From positions 4,941 through 68,940 of the forward strand of contig CAZPZU010000016.1 of assembly GCA_964591135.1 (NCBI GenBank): DNA of 64,000 nucleotides, written 5' to 3'. The notes under the pieces were generated by a model. That model ran no database searches and had not been told where the DNA came from. It saw only the letters and a program-made list of their open reading frames with translations. The stretch is from an uncultured Gemmatimonadaceae bacterium (lineage in GTDB: Bacteria; Gemmatimonadota; Gemmatimonadetes; Longimicrobiales; Gaopeijiaceae). How positions within the stretch are numbered: the stretch's first letter is position 1; every line of letters begins with the position of its first letter. This document shows positions 34,681 through 44,634 of this stretch, piece after piece. The translations under genes were made by a program, and so were the position numbers.

Positions 34681-35357
34681 GCGGGCTGGGCTACCGGCCG
34701 TTCCCGCTCGTGATCGCAGCGCCCAGCGGGACCGGCAAGACCACGCTCGCCCGCGGGCTCGTGGAGCGCACCGAGGGGTACCGCTTCTCCGTGTCCGCCA
34801 CGACGCGGGCCCGGCGGCCCGGGGAGCGCGACGGGGTGGATTATCACTTCGTGGGAAGGGAGCGCTTCCGCGCGATGGCTGCCGCGGGCGAGCTGGTCGA
34901 ATGGGCGGAGGTACACGGAGAGGCGTACGGGACGCCGCTGCGGGAGCTCACGGATGGGGAGGCGCAGGACGTGCACGTCGTGCTCGACATCGACGTCCAG
35001 GGGGCGCGCCAGATTCGCACCGCGGTGCCGGAGGCGCTGCTGATCTTCGTGCTGCCCCCCTCCGTGCCGGCCCTGGTCGCCCGCCTGACAGGCCGGGGGA
35101 CGGAGGACGGCGCGCAGGTGGCGCGACGGCTTCGCACCGCGCTCGACGAGTTGCGGGCGGTGCCCGAGTTCGACCACGTCATCGTCAACGACGACGTGGA
35201 TCGGTGCCTGGAAGAAATCCGTACGATCGTGCGCGCGGAGGCCCTGCGGATCGGGCGCGCTCGATCCCTGGAGAAGGACGTGGAGGACATGCGCGACGAG
35301 ATCGAGCGGATCCTCCGGAACGAATACGCGGACATCAGCGGACAGGAGTCACCATGA
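34677..35357 (+). CDS. gmk: guanylate kinase
   Basis: GTG 34677 overlaps the yicC TGA. P-loop APSGTGKTT, plus SATTRARRPGERDGVDYHFV. Confidence 0.92.
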   Translation: MSGLGYRPFPLVIAAPSGTGKTTLARGLVERTEGYRFSVSATTRARRPGERDGVDYHFVGRERFRAMAAAGELVEWAEVHGEAYGTPLRELTDGEAQDVHVVLDIDVQGARQIRTAVPEALLIFVLPPSVPALVARLTGRGTEDGAQVARRLRTALDELRAVPEFDHVIVNDDVDRCLEEIRTIVRAEALRIGRARSLEKDVEDMRDEIERILRNEYADISGQESP

Positions 35358-35569
35358 GAGTGTTCACGCCCGGAGAGGTCGCCAAGGGCACGGAGAGCAA
35401 GTACCTCGGTGTCCTGGTGGCCGCGAAGTACGCACGCGAGCTCAACTCGCTTCCGCGGGAGGCGATGCCCATCGGAGAGGAGAAGAAGCTCACGACCCGC
35501 TCCCTCGAGGCGCTCACCTCGGGCAACATCGAGTATCGCCTCGTGAAGAAGCGGCGCCGCGAGGAGTAG
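35354..35569 (+). CDS. rpoZ: DNA-directed RNA polymerase omega subunit
   Basis: 71 aa. ATGA overlap with gmk. Omega core SKYLGVLVAAKYAREL. Conserved gmk-rpoZ order. Confidence 0.85.
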   Translation: MRVFTPGEVAKGTESKYLGVLVAAKYARELNSLPREAMPIGEEKKLTTRSLEALTSGNIEYRLVKKRRREE

Positions 35570-35577
35570 GGGTAGCC

Positions 35578-36816
35578 TTGACTGCCGCGCTCGTGCCCCG
35601 TCGGCCCTGGGCGGGCCGGCACGTCGTCCTCGGAGTGACGGGGGGGATCGCGGCGTACAAGTCGGTCCAGCTCGCGCGCGATCTCACGCTCCTCGGCGCG
35701 GCGGTCGACGTCGTCATGACCGAAGCGGCGCAGCGTTTCGTCACGCCGCTGTCCTTCCAGGGTGTGACGGGTCGCAAGCCGCTCTCGGACCTCTTCGACT
35801 ACGACGGCGCGGCGCTCCACATCCGCCTCGGGCGCGAGGCCGACGTCGTCTGCGTAGCCCCGGCCACGGCCGATTTCCTCGCCCGCGCCGCCCACGGCCG
35901 GGCCAACGACCTGCTGTGCACGACGCTGCTGGCCACCCGGGCGCCCGTGGTGGTCTGCCCCGCGATGAACGACCGCATGTTCTCGCACCCCCAGGTCCAG
36001 GCGAACCTGCAGCACCTTCGGGACCGACTCGGCTACCACGTCGCGGGGCCGGCCTCGGGGCCGCTCGCGGTAGGGGAAGGGGAGGGGCCGGGAAGGATGC
36101 TGGAGCCGTGGCAGATCGAGGAGCACGTGGGACGGGCGCTGGGGCGCGAGGCCGCTTTCGAGGGGCGCTTCGTGCTCGTCACTGCGGGCCCGACGCGCGA
36201 GCCGATCGACCCGGTGCGCTACGTGGGGAATCGCTCCTCGGGGCGGATGGGGTACGCCCTGGCGCAGGCCGCCTGGCGGCGCGGTGCGCGCGTGGTGCTC
36301 GTCAGTGGCCCCAGCGCGCTGCCCGCTCCCGAGGGGCCGGAGGTGGTGCGCGTGGAGACGGCGGGCCAGATGCACGACATGGTGGCGGTCCGACTGCGGG
36401 AGGCCGACGTATCGATCTTCGCGGCGGCGGTCGCCGATTTCCGCCCCGATCGTATCCACCCGGAGAAGGTGAAGCGGGCCGAGCGGCCAGGAGGGCTCGA
36501 TCTGAAGCTCACCGCCAACCCGGATGTGGCGGGCGACACGCGATCCGCGCGGAAAGCGGGGAGCGTCTCCGTCGGCTTCGCGCTGGAGACGGGGGACCTG
36601 GTCGCGCACGCGCGCGAAAAGCTGGAGAAGAAGGGCTTCGATCTGATGATCGCGAACGACGCCACCGCGGAGGGGGCCGGGTTCGACGTGGAGACCAACC
36701 GGGTCACGCTGCTGACCGCGGACGGCGAGCCCGAGGCGCTCCCCCTGCAGTCGAAGCACGAGGTGGCGGAGGCGGTGCTCGACCGCATCGCGGCGAGGCT
36801 GGAGTCCGGGTCGTGA
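35578..36816 (+). CDS. coaBC: bifunctional phosphopantothenoylcysteine decarboxylase / synthetase
   Basis: 412 aa with a TTG start. Flavoprotein domain VVLGVTGGIAAYK and PAMNDRM. CoaB domain VTAGPTREPIDPVRYVGNRSSGRMG. Confidence 0.93.
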   Translation: MTAALVPRRPWAGRHVVLGVTGGIAAYKSVQLARDLTLLGAAVDVVMTEAAQRFVTPLSFQGVTGRKPLSDLFDYDGAALHIRLGREADVVCVAPATADFLARAAHGRANDLLCTTLLATRAPVVVCPAMNDRMFSHPQVQANLQHLRDRLGYHVAGPASGPLAVGEGEGPGRMLEPWQIEEHVGRALGREAAFEGRFVLVTAGPTREPIDPVRYVGNRSSGRMGYALAQAAWRRGARVVLVSGPSALPAPEGPEVVRVETAGQMHDMVAVRLREADVSIFAAAVADFRPDRIHPEKVKRAERPGGLDLKLTANPDVAGDTRSARKAGSVSVGFALETGDLVAHAREKLEKKGFDLMIANDATAEGAGFDVETNRVTLLTADGEPEALPLQSKHEVAEAVLDRIAARLESGS

Positions 36817-37598
36817 GCCCGCGACCGCCGTCCGATGCCGGCGAGGTGGCCCGGCTGCTGCGCCAGCGGGTGGAGATGGGCGCATCGGACCTCTTCCTGG
36901 ACGACGTCACGCGCGCCGGGCTCCTGGACTTGGCGGCCGCGGCGGGCCGGGGCGGTGGTAAGAAGCCCGCCGGGAGGGAGAGCCCGCCCGGTCCCACACC
37001 GGCTCCGTCCGGCCCGCCAGCCGGCGGCGGCCCTACGGTCCTGCCCGCGGACTACGAGGAGCTGCGGAGCACCGCCCTGACGTGCACGCGCTGCCGGTTG
37101 GCCGAGACCCGCACGCAGGTCGTGTTCAGCGACGGGGTCGTTAACGCCCGGCTCGTCGTGGTGGGCGAGGCCCCCGGCGCGAACGAGGACGCCACGGGGC
37201 TTCCCTTCGTGGGTGCGGCGGGGCAGTTCCTGGACCTCCTCCTCGCGACCGTGGACCTCTCCCGGAAGGATTCGGTCTACATCTGCAACGTCCTCAAGTG
37301 CAGGCCGCCCGGGAACCGCAATCCGCAGCCGGACGAGATCGAGTCCTGCACCCCGTACCTGCGCAAGCAGCTCGAGCTCATCGCGCCGCAGGCGCTGCTC
37401 GCCGTCGGGACGTTCGCCGCGCAGGCGCTCACCGGGCTGCAGAAGCCGCTGGGCAAGATCCGGGGCGAGATCCACGGCTACCAGGGAATCCCGCTGGTGG
37501 TGACGTACCATCCCGCGGCGCTCCTGCGCAATCCGGGTTGGACGCGCGCGGTGTGGGACGACCTCCAACTCCTGCGCCAGGTCATGGACGGACTCTGA
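36813..37598 (+). CDS. uracil-DNA glycosylase, family 4
   Basis: GTG 36813 overlaps the coaBC TGA. Motifs CTRCRL, VVVGEAPGANED, GLPFVGAAG, ICNVLKCRPPGNR and HPAALLRNP. Low-complexity N-terminal extension. Confidence 0.85.
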   Translation: MSPRPPSDAGEVARLLRQRVEMGASDLFLDDVTRAGLLDLAAAAGRGGGKKPAGRESPPGPTPAPSGPPAGGGPTVLPADYEELRSTALTCTRCRLAETRTQVVFSDGVVNARLVVVGEAPGANEDATGLPFVGAAGQFLDLLLATVDLSRKDSVYICNVLKCRPPGNRNPQPDEIESCTPYLRKQLELIAPQALLAVGTFAAQALTGLQKPLGKIRGEIHGYQGIPLVVTYHPAALLRNPGWTRAVWDDLQLLRQVMDGL

Positions 37599-37698
37599 TT
37601 CGACGACTCCGGTCATCCCCGCGACACTTCGGTGCGCGGGTTCGGGCGTGCGACTAGATTCGGAGCCCCGGCTCGCCGAGCTCCCCGAGAGAGCATCG

Positions 37699-39123
37699 AT
37701 GGAAGCATCCCCAGACTTCGCCCAGGCCGTCTTCGACCGGACGCCTCCGTTCTCCCTCGAGGCGGAGACTGCGGTGCTCGGGGGCATGCTCATCGACCGC
37801 GAGGCCGTCACGCGCGCGATCGAGCACCTCAACGAGTCGATGTTCTACCGGGAGGCCAACCGGCGCCTGTACCGGGCCATGGTCCGCCTGTACGAGCGCG
37901 GCGACGTGATCGACGTGATCACGGTCTCGGACGAGCTGAAGAAGACCGCCGAGATGGAGGCCGCGGGCGGGTTCGACTACCTGGCGGCGCTCGTGGATGC
38001 GGTCCCCACGGCGGCGAACCTCGAGTACCACGCCCGGATCGTTCGGGACAAGGCGCTGCTGCGGCGCCTGGTGGAGCAGGCATCGCAGATCATCCGCGAC
38101 GTCTACGACCAGGGCGAGCGCCAGGTCGACGAGATCCTGGACGCGGCCGAGGCGAGGATCTTCCAGGTGGCGGAGAGCCACAAGCGGGAGGGCTTCGTCT
38201 GGATCAAGGAGATCCTCTGGTCGGCCTTCGAGCACATCGAGAAGCTCCAGGAGTCGGCCGGGGGCATCACGGGCGTTCCCACCGGCTTCCCGGATCTCGA
38301 TCGCATGACGACGGGTTTCCAGAAGGGCGACCTCGTCATCGTGGCCGGCCGGCCCTCGATGGGAAAGACCTCTTGGGTGTTGAACGTCGCGGCCAACGCC
38401 TCCATCGGACACAACGTGGCCTCGGCGATCTTCTCCCTCGAGATGTCGTCGGGGCAGCTCGTACAGCGCCTGCTGTGCGCGGAGGGCCGCATCGACGCCC
38501 AGAAGCTGCGCCGGGGCCGCCTGAGCCAGGAGGAGCACCAACGGCTGGCCGCCGCGGCGGGACACCTCAACACGGCGCCGATCTGGATCGACGATTCTCC
38601 CGGAAGCAACGTCCTGGAGATCCGCGCCAAGGCGCGCAGGCTGCAGTCCGAGCTGAGGTCCGACGGCAAGGATCTGGGGGTCGTTGTCCTCGATTACCTG
38701 CAGCTCATGTCAGGGGCGTCCCGGTCGGAGAGCCGGGTCCAGGAAGTGAGCGAGATCTCGCGGGGTCTGAAGGCGCTCGCCCGTGAGCTCGACCTGCCGG
38801 TGATCGCGCTGTCCCAGCTCAGCCGCGGTCCGGAGCAGCGCACGGACAAGCGGCCCATGCTCTCCGACCTGCGCGAATCGGGCTCCATCGAGCAGGACGC
38901 CGATCTGGTCATGTTCCTGTACCGTCCCGAGTACTACGCTCCACCCGAGAAGCGCGAGGAGCTCGAGGGAAAGGCGGAGCTGATCGTGGGCAAGCAGCGC
39001 AACGGCCCCACGGGGGTGGTGGAGCTCTTCTTCCAGAAAGCCTACACGCGCTTCGACTCCGTCGCCCGCACACCCCAGGACGGCGGGTCCCGCCCCGACG
39101 TCGGACACGGCTACGCACCGTGA
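37699..39123 (+). CDS. dnaB: replicative DNA helicase
   Basis: ATG 37699 (an alternative GTG at 37648 is less likely). PPFSLEAETAVLGGML, Walker A GRPSMGKTS, and SQLSRGPEQR. 474 aa, no intein. Confidence 0.93.
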   Translation: MEASPDFAQAVFDRTPPFSLEAETAVLGGMLIDREAVTRAIEHLNESMFYREANRRLYRAMVRLYERGDVIDVITVSDELKKTAEMEAAGGFDYLAALVDAVPTAANLEYHARIVRDKALLRRLVEQASQIIRDVYDQGERQVDEILDAAEARIFQVAESHKREGFVWIKEILWSAFEHIEKLQESAGGITGVPTGFPDLDRMTTGFQKGDLVIVAGRPSMGKTSWVLNVAANASIGHNVASAIFSLEMSSGQLVQRLLCAEGRIDAQKLRRGRLSQEEHQRLAAAAGHLNTAPIWIDDSPGSNVLEIRAKARRLQSELRSDGKDLGVVVLDYLQLMSGASRSESRVQEVSEISRGLKALARELDLPVIALSQLSRGPEQRTDKRPMLSDLRESGSIEQDADLVMFLYRPEYYAPPEKREELEGKAELIVGKQRNGPTGVVELFFQKAYTRFDSVARTPQDGGSRPDVGHGYAP

Positions 39124-39842
39124 CCGGCCGAGTCCCGCGACCGGGGCCGGCGCCGCGGGTCGGGGTCGCCGTCCCAGCCGCTGGGTCCGGCCGCCGCATG
39201 GGTGGGGTGCGCAAGCCGTTCCTCGAGCTCGCGGGCGAGCCCGTGCTCGTACACGCGCTCCGTCCGTTCCTCCGGGACCCGCGCGTCGTGTCCGTGGTGG
39301 TGGCTCTGGCACCCGAGGACGCCCAGGCGCCCCCGGTCTGGTTGTCCGGCCTCGACCCGCGCATCCGGGTGGTGGCCGGGGGCGCGACCCGCACCGACTC
39401 GGTGCGCAGCGCGCTGGCCGCATTGCCCGAGGACCTGGACGTCGTGGCCGTCCACGACGCCGCCCGTCCGCTCGTGGCTTCCGGGGTGGTCGCCCGGTGC
39501 ATCGAAGTCGCCGCGGGGGGAGACGGGGCGGTGGCGGGATGTCCCGCCGTGGACACCATGAAGGAGGTCGACGCCGAGCAGCGCATCGTCGCCACCCCGG
39601 AGCGGGCGCGCCTCTGGCACGCGCAGACGCCCCAGGTGTTTCCCGCCGACGTCGTGCGTCGCGCATACGCGGCGGCGACGGACGGGGAGGCCACGGCCAC
39701 CGACGACGCCGCGCTGGCGGAGCGTGTGGGAGCCGTCGTGCGCATGGTCGACGCCGGGCCCTCCAACCTCAAGGTCACCACGCCCGACGACCTCCCGATG
39801 GCGGAGGCCATTCTCGCGGCACGACGGGGCAGGGTCCCGTGA
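39120..39842 (+). CDS. ispD: 2-C-methyl-D-erythritol 4-phosphate cytidylyltransferase
   Basis: 240 aa. GTGA overlap with dnaB. Motifs VPAAGSGRRMG and VAVHDAARP. Confidence 0.9.
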   Translation: MTGRVPRPGPAPRVGVAVPAAGSGRRMGGVRKPFLELAGEPVLVHALRPFLRDPRVVSVVVALAPEDAQAPPVWLSGLDPRIRVVAGGATRTDSVRSALAALPEDLDVVAVHDAARPLVASGVVARCIEVAAGGDGAVAGCPAVDTMKEVDAEQRIVATPERARLWHAQTPQVFPADVVRRAYAAATDGEATATDDAALAERVGAVVRMVDAGPSNLKVTTPDDLPMAEAILAARRGRVP

Positions 39843-40501
39843 CCCGGCCGCCCCGGATCCTCGATCTGCGCGCGACGCCCGCGGCCGACGCCGATCTCGG
39901 GCCGGTGGCGGAGCACGTGCGCGGGGGAGGCCTGCTGGCGTACCCCACCGAGACCGTCTACGGTTTCGGTGGGGCGTGCACCGCGGAGAGCGTGAACCGC
40001 CTCGGCGCCCTGAAGCATCGCGGGGAAGGCAAGCCGCTCCTCGTCGTCGTACGAGGCCCTGACGAGGTGGCGGGACTGCGCTGGACGGAGGATGCACGGG
40101 AGCTCGCGCGCATCTTCTGGCCGGGCGCGTTGACGCTGGTTCTCGGCGACCCCGAGGGTATTTTCCCTCCAGGGGTGCGCAGCCCGACGGGAAGCGTGGC
40201 CGTCCGGGTCAGCCCGCATCCGCTCGTGGGTGTGCTCCTCGAGCGGATGGGAGCCCCGCTGACATCTACGAGCGCGAACGTCCCCGGCGAGCCCCCGGCC
40301 CGGTCGGGAGCGGAGGCGGCGAGGGCCGCCGAGGCGCTCGGCGCGGGAGAGGAGATGCTGGTCCTGGACGCCGGCACGCTACCCGCGTCGGGGCCTTCTA
40401 CCATCGTAGACTGCACGGGGGCGCGTCCCGTGGTCGTGCGGGACGGCTCCGTCCCACTGGAACGGCTCCGCTGCGCCTTGCCGGAAATCCATGGACGCTG
40501 A
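39839..40501 (+). CDS. tsaC: L-threonylcarbamoyladenylate synthase (YrdC/Sua5/YwlC family)
   Basis: GTG 39839 overlaps the ispD TGA. YrdC motifs LLAYPTETVYGFG and TSTSANVPGEPP. Confidence 0.87.
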   Translation: MTRPPRILDLRATPAADADLGPVAEHVRGGGLLAYPTETVYGFGGACTAESVNRLGALKHRGEGKPLLVVVRGPDEVAGLRWTEDARELARIFWPGALTLVLGDPEGIFPPGVRSPTGSVAVRVSPHPLVGVLLERMGAPLTSTSANVPGEPPARSGAEAARAAEALGAGEEMLVLDAGTLPASGPSTIVDCTGARPVVVRDGSVPLERLRCALPEIHGR

Positions 40502-40991
40502 CAGACCCTCCATCGAGCCCTTCAGGCTCCTGTTCGTGTGCACCGGCAACACGTGCCGGAGCCCCCTGGCGGAGGCCATCGCCCGGCGCGAGCTCTCCGG
40601 TCGCGGATGGGGTCGGCTCGAGGTCCGTTCCGCGGGGGTGGGCGCGGCTCCGGGAGGCCCGGCCTCCCAGGGCTCGCTCGATGCCGCGCGACGCCACGGA
40701 CTCGACCTGTCCTCCCATCGCTCGGCTCCCGTGGACGCGGACACGCTGGAGTGGGCGGACCTGATCCTCGTCATGTCCCCGAGCCACCTGGTCCGCGTCT
40801 CCGGGATGGGCGCGGGGGAGAAGGCCACCCTCCTCGGCTCTTTCGCCGCGGGCGAGGATCCGGAGGAGATCCCGGAAGCCGTACCCGACCCGTTCGGGGG
40901 GTCCGACGAGGAATACGAGGCCACGTTCGTCTTGCTCGAGCGGCTCGTCGGGCGCGTGCTCGACCGCCTGGCGCCGATCCTGGCGCCATGA
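40491..40991 (+). CDS. low-molecular-weight protein phosphatase (arsenate-reductase fold)
   Basis: 166 aa. Active-site loop VCTGNTCRSP (CX5R-S). Confidence 0.87.
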   Translation: MDADRPSIEPFRLLFVCTGNTCRSPLAEAIARRELSGRGWGRLEVRSAGVGAAPGGPASQGSLDAARRHGLDLSSHRSAPVDADTLEWADLILVMSPSHLVRVSGMGAGEKATLLGSFAAGEDPEEIPEAVPDPFGGSDEEYEATFVLLERLVGRVLDRLAPILAP

Positions 40992-41824
40992 CGATCACCG
41001 CCTCGACGCGGCTGCTGGCGCTCCTGGGCGATCCCGTCGGCCACTCGCTCTCGCCCTTGATCCAGAACGCTGCCCTGCGGCACACCGGGGCGGACGGCGT
41101 CTACGTGGCGGTGCGCTGCGCCGCGGAAGATCTGTTCAGCCTCATGAGGGCCCTGGCGCGGGCACGGGGTGGCGGCAACGTGACGCTGCCCCACAAGGAG
41201 AAGGCCGCCTCGGTCGTGGACGTGCCGTCGGAGGCCGTCCGGCGGACGGGCGCGTGCAACACCTTCTGGGGGGGGGCCGACGGTCGGGTGCACGGGGACA
41301 ACACGGACGTCGACGGGCTGAGACAGGCGGTGCGGTCCTTCGTGGGCGCGCCCGAAGGCATGCGGGTCCTTCTCCTCGGGGCCGGGGGCGCGGCGAGGGC
41401 GACGCTGCTGGGCCTGCTCGAGGAGGGGGTGGCCGAGGTGGTGCTCCACAACCGGAGCCCCGAGCGCGCCAGGGGGGTGGCCCGCCGGATCGGCGGCCCG
41501 CGGGCCCGGGTGGCCTCCTTCCCGGAGGAGCTACGCGGCCAGAGCTTCGACCTGGTGGTCAACGCGACCCCCCTCGGCATGCTCCCAGACGACCGCTCGC
41601 CCCTCGACTTCGATATCCTCGATCGGGCCGGCGCCGCCATGGACCTCATCTACGGGAAGAGCCGCACACCCTTCCTAAGGGCGGCCGAGGCCTACGGCGT
41701 TCGTACCACCGACGGGCTCGAGATGCTCATCCAGCAGGCCGCCGCCTCCTTCGAGCGGTGGTGGGGAGAGCCGGCACCTGTGGAGCGGATGCGCGCGGCG
41801 CTCGCCGAGGCAGGGGAGGCGTGA
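40988..41824 (+). CDS. aroE: shikimate dehydrogenase
   Basis: ATG 40988 overlaps the upstream TGA. Motifs GDPVGHSLSPLIQNAA, NVTLPHK, NTDVDG and LLGAGGAARA. Confidence 0.9.
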   Translation: MTITASTRLLALLGDPVGHSLSPLIQNAALRHTGADGVYVAVRCAAEDLFSLMRALARARGGGNVTLPHKEKAASVVDVPSEAVRRTGACNTFWGGADGRVHGDNTDVDGLRQAVRSFVGAPEGMRVLLLGAGGAARATLLGLLEEGVAEVVLHNRSPERARGVARRIGGPRARVASFPEELRGQSFDLVVNATPLGMLPDDRSPLDFDILDRAGAAMDLIYGKSRTPFLRAAEAYGVRTTDGLEMLIQQAAASFERWWGEPAPVERMRAALAEAGEA

Positions 41825-42582
41825 GACCGGCAGCCTGGGCCTCGGACCTTCTCGACCTCCTGCTCCCGGCCGGCTGCGTCGTGTGCGGGTCGTGGATCCC
41901 TGGGGGCGTCGCCGGGTCGCTGCTGTGCGGCCGGTGCCGTTCCCGCTTGCCGCGCGCGCCCTGGCCGCGGTGTCCGCGCTGCCACCACCCCCTCGGGACG
42001 GGCCGGCCCGACGCGACACGCTGCCGGGAATGCCGGGAATGGCCGGACGCACTCGCTCGCTCGCGCTTCGCGACTGTGCTCGCACCCCCCGCCGACACGC
42101 TGGTGCACGCGCTGAAGTACGAGGGGTGGGCGGAGCTCGCCGTGGAGATGGGGCGTGTGATGGCGGTGGAGCTTCGGTCCGCTTCCGTAGCGCCGCGGGG
42201 TCGACGGATCGTCGTGCCGGTGCCCACGACACGGGCGCGCGCCCGTGTGCGCGGCTACAACCAGGCCGAGCTGCTGGCGCGCAGCGTCGCCCGGAGCCTC
42301 GATCTGCCGCTCGTCGATGGGTTGATCCGGACCCGTGGCGGCGCCACCCAGGTCGCCTTGCCCCCCTCTCAGCGTCGGGCTAACGTCATGGGAGCGTTCG
42401 CGGTGCGGGAAGAGGAGGCGGCCCGTGTCACGGGCGCGCGCGTCGTCTTGGTGGACGACGTCCTGACCACCGGGTCGACCGCCGGTGCCGCGGCGTCGGA
42501 GTTGGCCCGTGTGGGAGCGTCGGAGGTCACGCTCGTCGTCTTCGCCCGGGCCATGCCCCTTCGTCGCGACACCGTGCGCTGA
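41821..42582 (+). CDS. comF: ComF-family phosphoribosyltransferase-domain protein
   Basis: GTG 41821 overlaps the aroE TGA. N-terminal double CxxC zinc ribbon (CVVCGS...CGRC, CPRCHH...CREC). PRT motif VVLVDDVLTTGST. Confidence 0.8.
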   Translation: MRPAAWASDLLDLLLPAGCVVCGSWIPGGVAGSLLCGRCRSRLPRAPWPRCPRCHHPLGTGRPDATRCRECREWPDALARSRFATVLAPPADTLVHALKYEGWAELAVEMGRVMAVELRSASVAPRGRRIVVPVPTTRARARVRGYNQAELLARSVARSLDLPLVDGLIRTRGGATQVALPPSQRRANVMGAFAVREEEAARVTGARVVLVDDVLTTGSTAGAAASELARVGASEVTLVVFARAMPLRRDTVR

Positions 42583-43668
<1,086 letters not shown>

Positions 43669-43723
43669 GCGCGACGCGACGCGACGACCGCGGAACAGGG
43701 GGCGAGCCTTCCGAGGAGGCTTC

Positions 43724-43936
43724 ATGGACCAGGTGGACGCGGGCGGCAGTGTCCCGGAGTGGCACAGCTTTCGGTGTCCGGTGTGCGGACATACCGACGA
43801 GGTCGATCTGGTCGCGGGTCCCACCAGTACGGTTTCGTGCAGCCATTGCGGGACGGCTCTCGAGATCGAGGCGTGGGCCCGTGACGAGGCTTCGGCGACC
43901 GTGAAGGTGGCCACGAGACGACGTCGGAAGCGATGA
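43724..43936 (+). CDS. small zinc-ribbon protein (70 aa) translationally coupled to an ECF sigma factor gene
   Basis: GAGGAGG lies 5 nt upstream of the ATG. Two CxxC pairs (CPVC ... CSHC) and a basic tail RRRRKR. Its stop overlaps the ATG of the sigma gene (ATGA at 43933-43936). Confidence 0.6.
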   Translation: MDQVDAGGSVPEWHSFRCPVCGHTDEVDLVAGPTSTVSCSHCGTALEIEAWARDEASATVKVATRRRRKR

Positions 43937-44634
43937 ACGACCAGGGCCCGGATCGCGATCCGGAGGAGGGCCGGCGAGACGATGTCCCGCCGGCTTCTTC
44001 GCATGTAACGCCCGGCGAGGATCCCGCGTATAACGAGGCGATGCAGACAGATCGGCAGGCGCCCGACCCGGGCTTGCGCGTCGTCCCCACCCGGCCGACC
44101 TCGGACCTTCCACAGGACTTCGAGGCCTGGTTCCGGGACCACAGGGAGGCGGTGTACCGATACGTACGCTTCCGCGTCGCGACGCGGGAGGTGGCGGAGG
44201 ACGTCACGTCGGAGGTGTTCATGAAGGCCCTCCGCTCCCTCCACCGCTACGACCAGAACCGCGCTTCGCCCCGGACGTGGCTGCTGCGCATCGCACGCAA
44301 CGCGGTGACCGATCACCTGCGGGCGCTCAAGCGCAGAGGATCGCTGCACGTCTCGCTCGACAGGGTGCCCGATCTGGTGGCGGACGTCCCGTCGCAGGAG
44401 GAGCGGGTGGTTCGCGAGGAGCGGATCCAGCGTCTGCTCAACGGGAGTCAGACGCTGCGAAAGGCGGACCAGGAAATCCTCTCCCTGCGTTACGGCTCGG
44501 GGCTCGACAACGGCGAGATCGCGGAGCACCTCGGAATCAGCAACAACGCGGTGGCGGTGCGGCTCCATCGGGCGCTCAAACGCCTGAAGGGCGCAGTCGA
44601 CCGCCATCAGATTGAGATGAACACGGACTCATGA
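43933..44634 (+). CDS. ECF (group IV) sigma-70 family factor
   Basis: Region 2 (VYRYVRFRV...AEDVTSEVFMKAL, PRTWLLRIARNAVTDHLR) and region 4 (ILSLRYGSGLDNGEIAEHLGISNNAVAVRLHRALKRL). The acidic N-terminal extension of about 60 aa may not be translated; an alternative ATG is at 44041. Confidence 0.87.
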   Translation: MNDQGPDRDPEEGRRDDVPPASSHVTPGEDPAYNEAMQTDRQAPDPGLRVVPTRPTSDLPQDFEAWFRDHREAVYRYVRFRVATREVAEDVTSEVFMKALRSLHRYDQNRASPRTWLLRIARNAVTDHLRALKRRGSLHVSLDRVPDLVADVPSQEERVVREERIQRLLNGSQTLRKADQEILSLRYGSGLDNGEIAEHLGISNNAVAVRLHRALKRLKGAVDRHQIEMNTDS

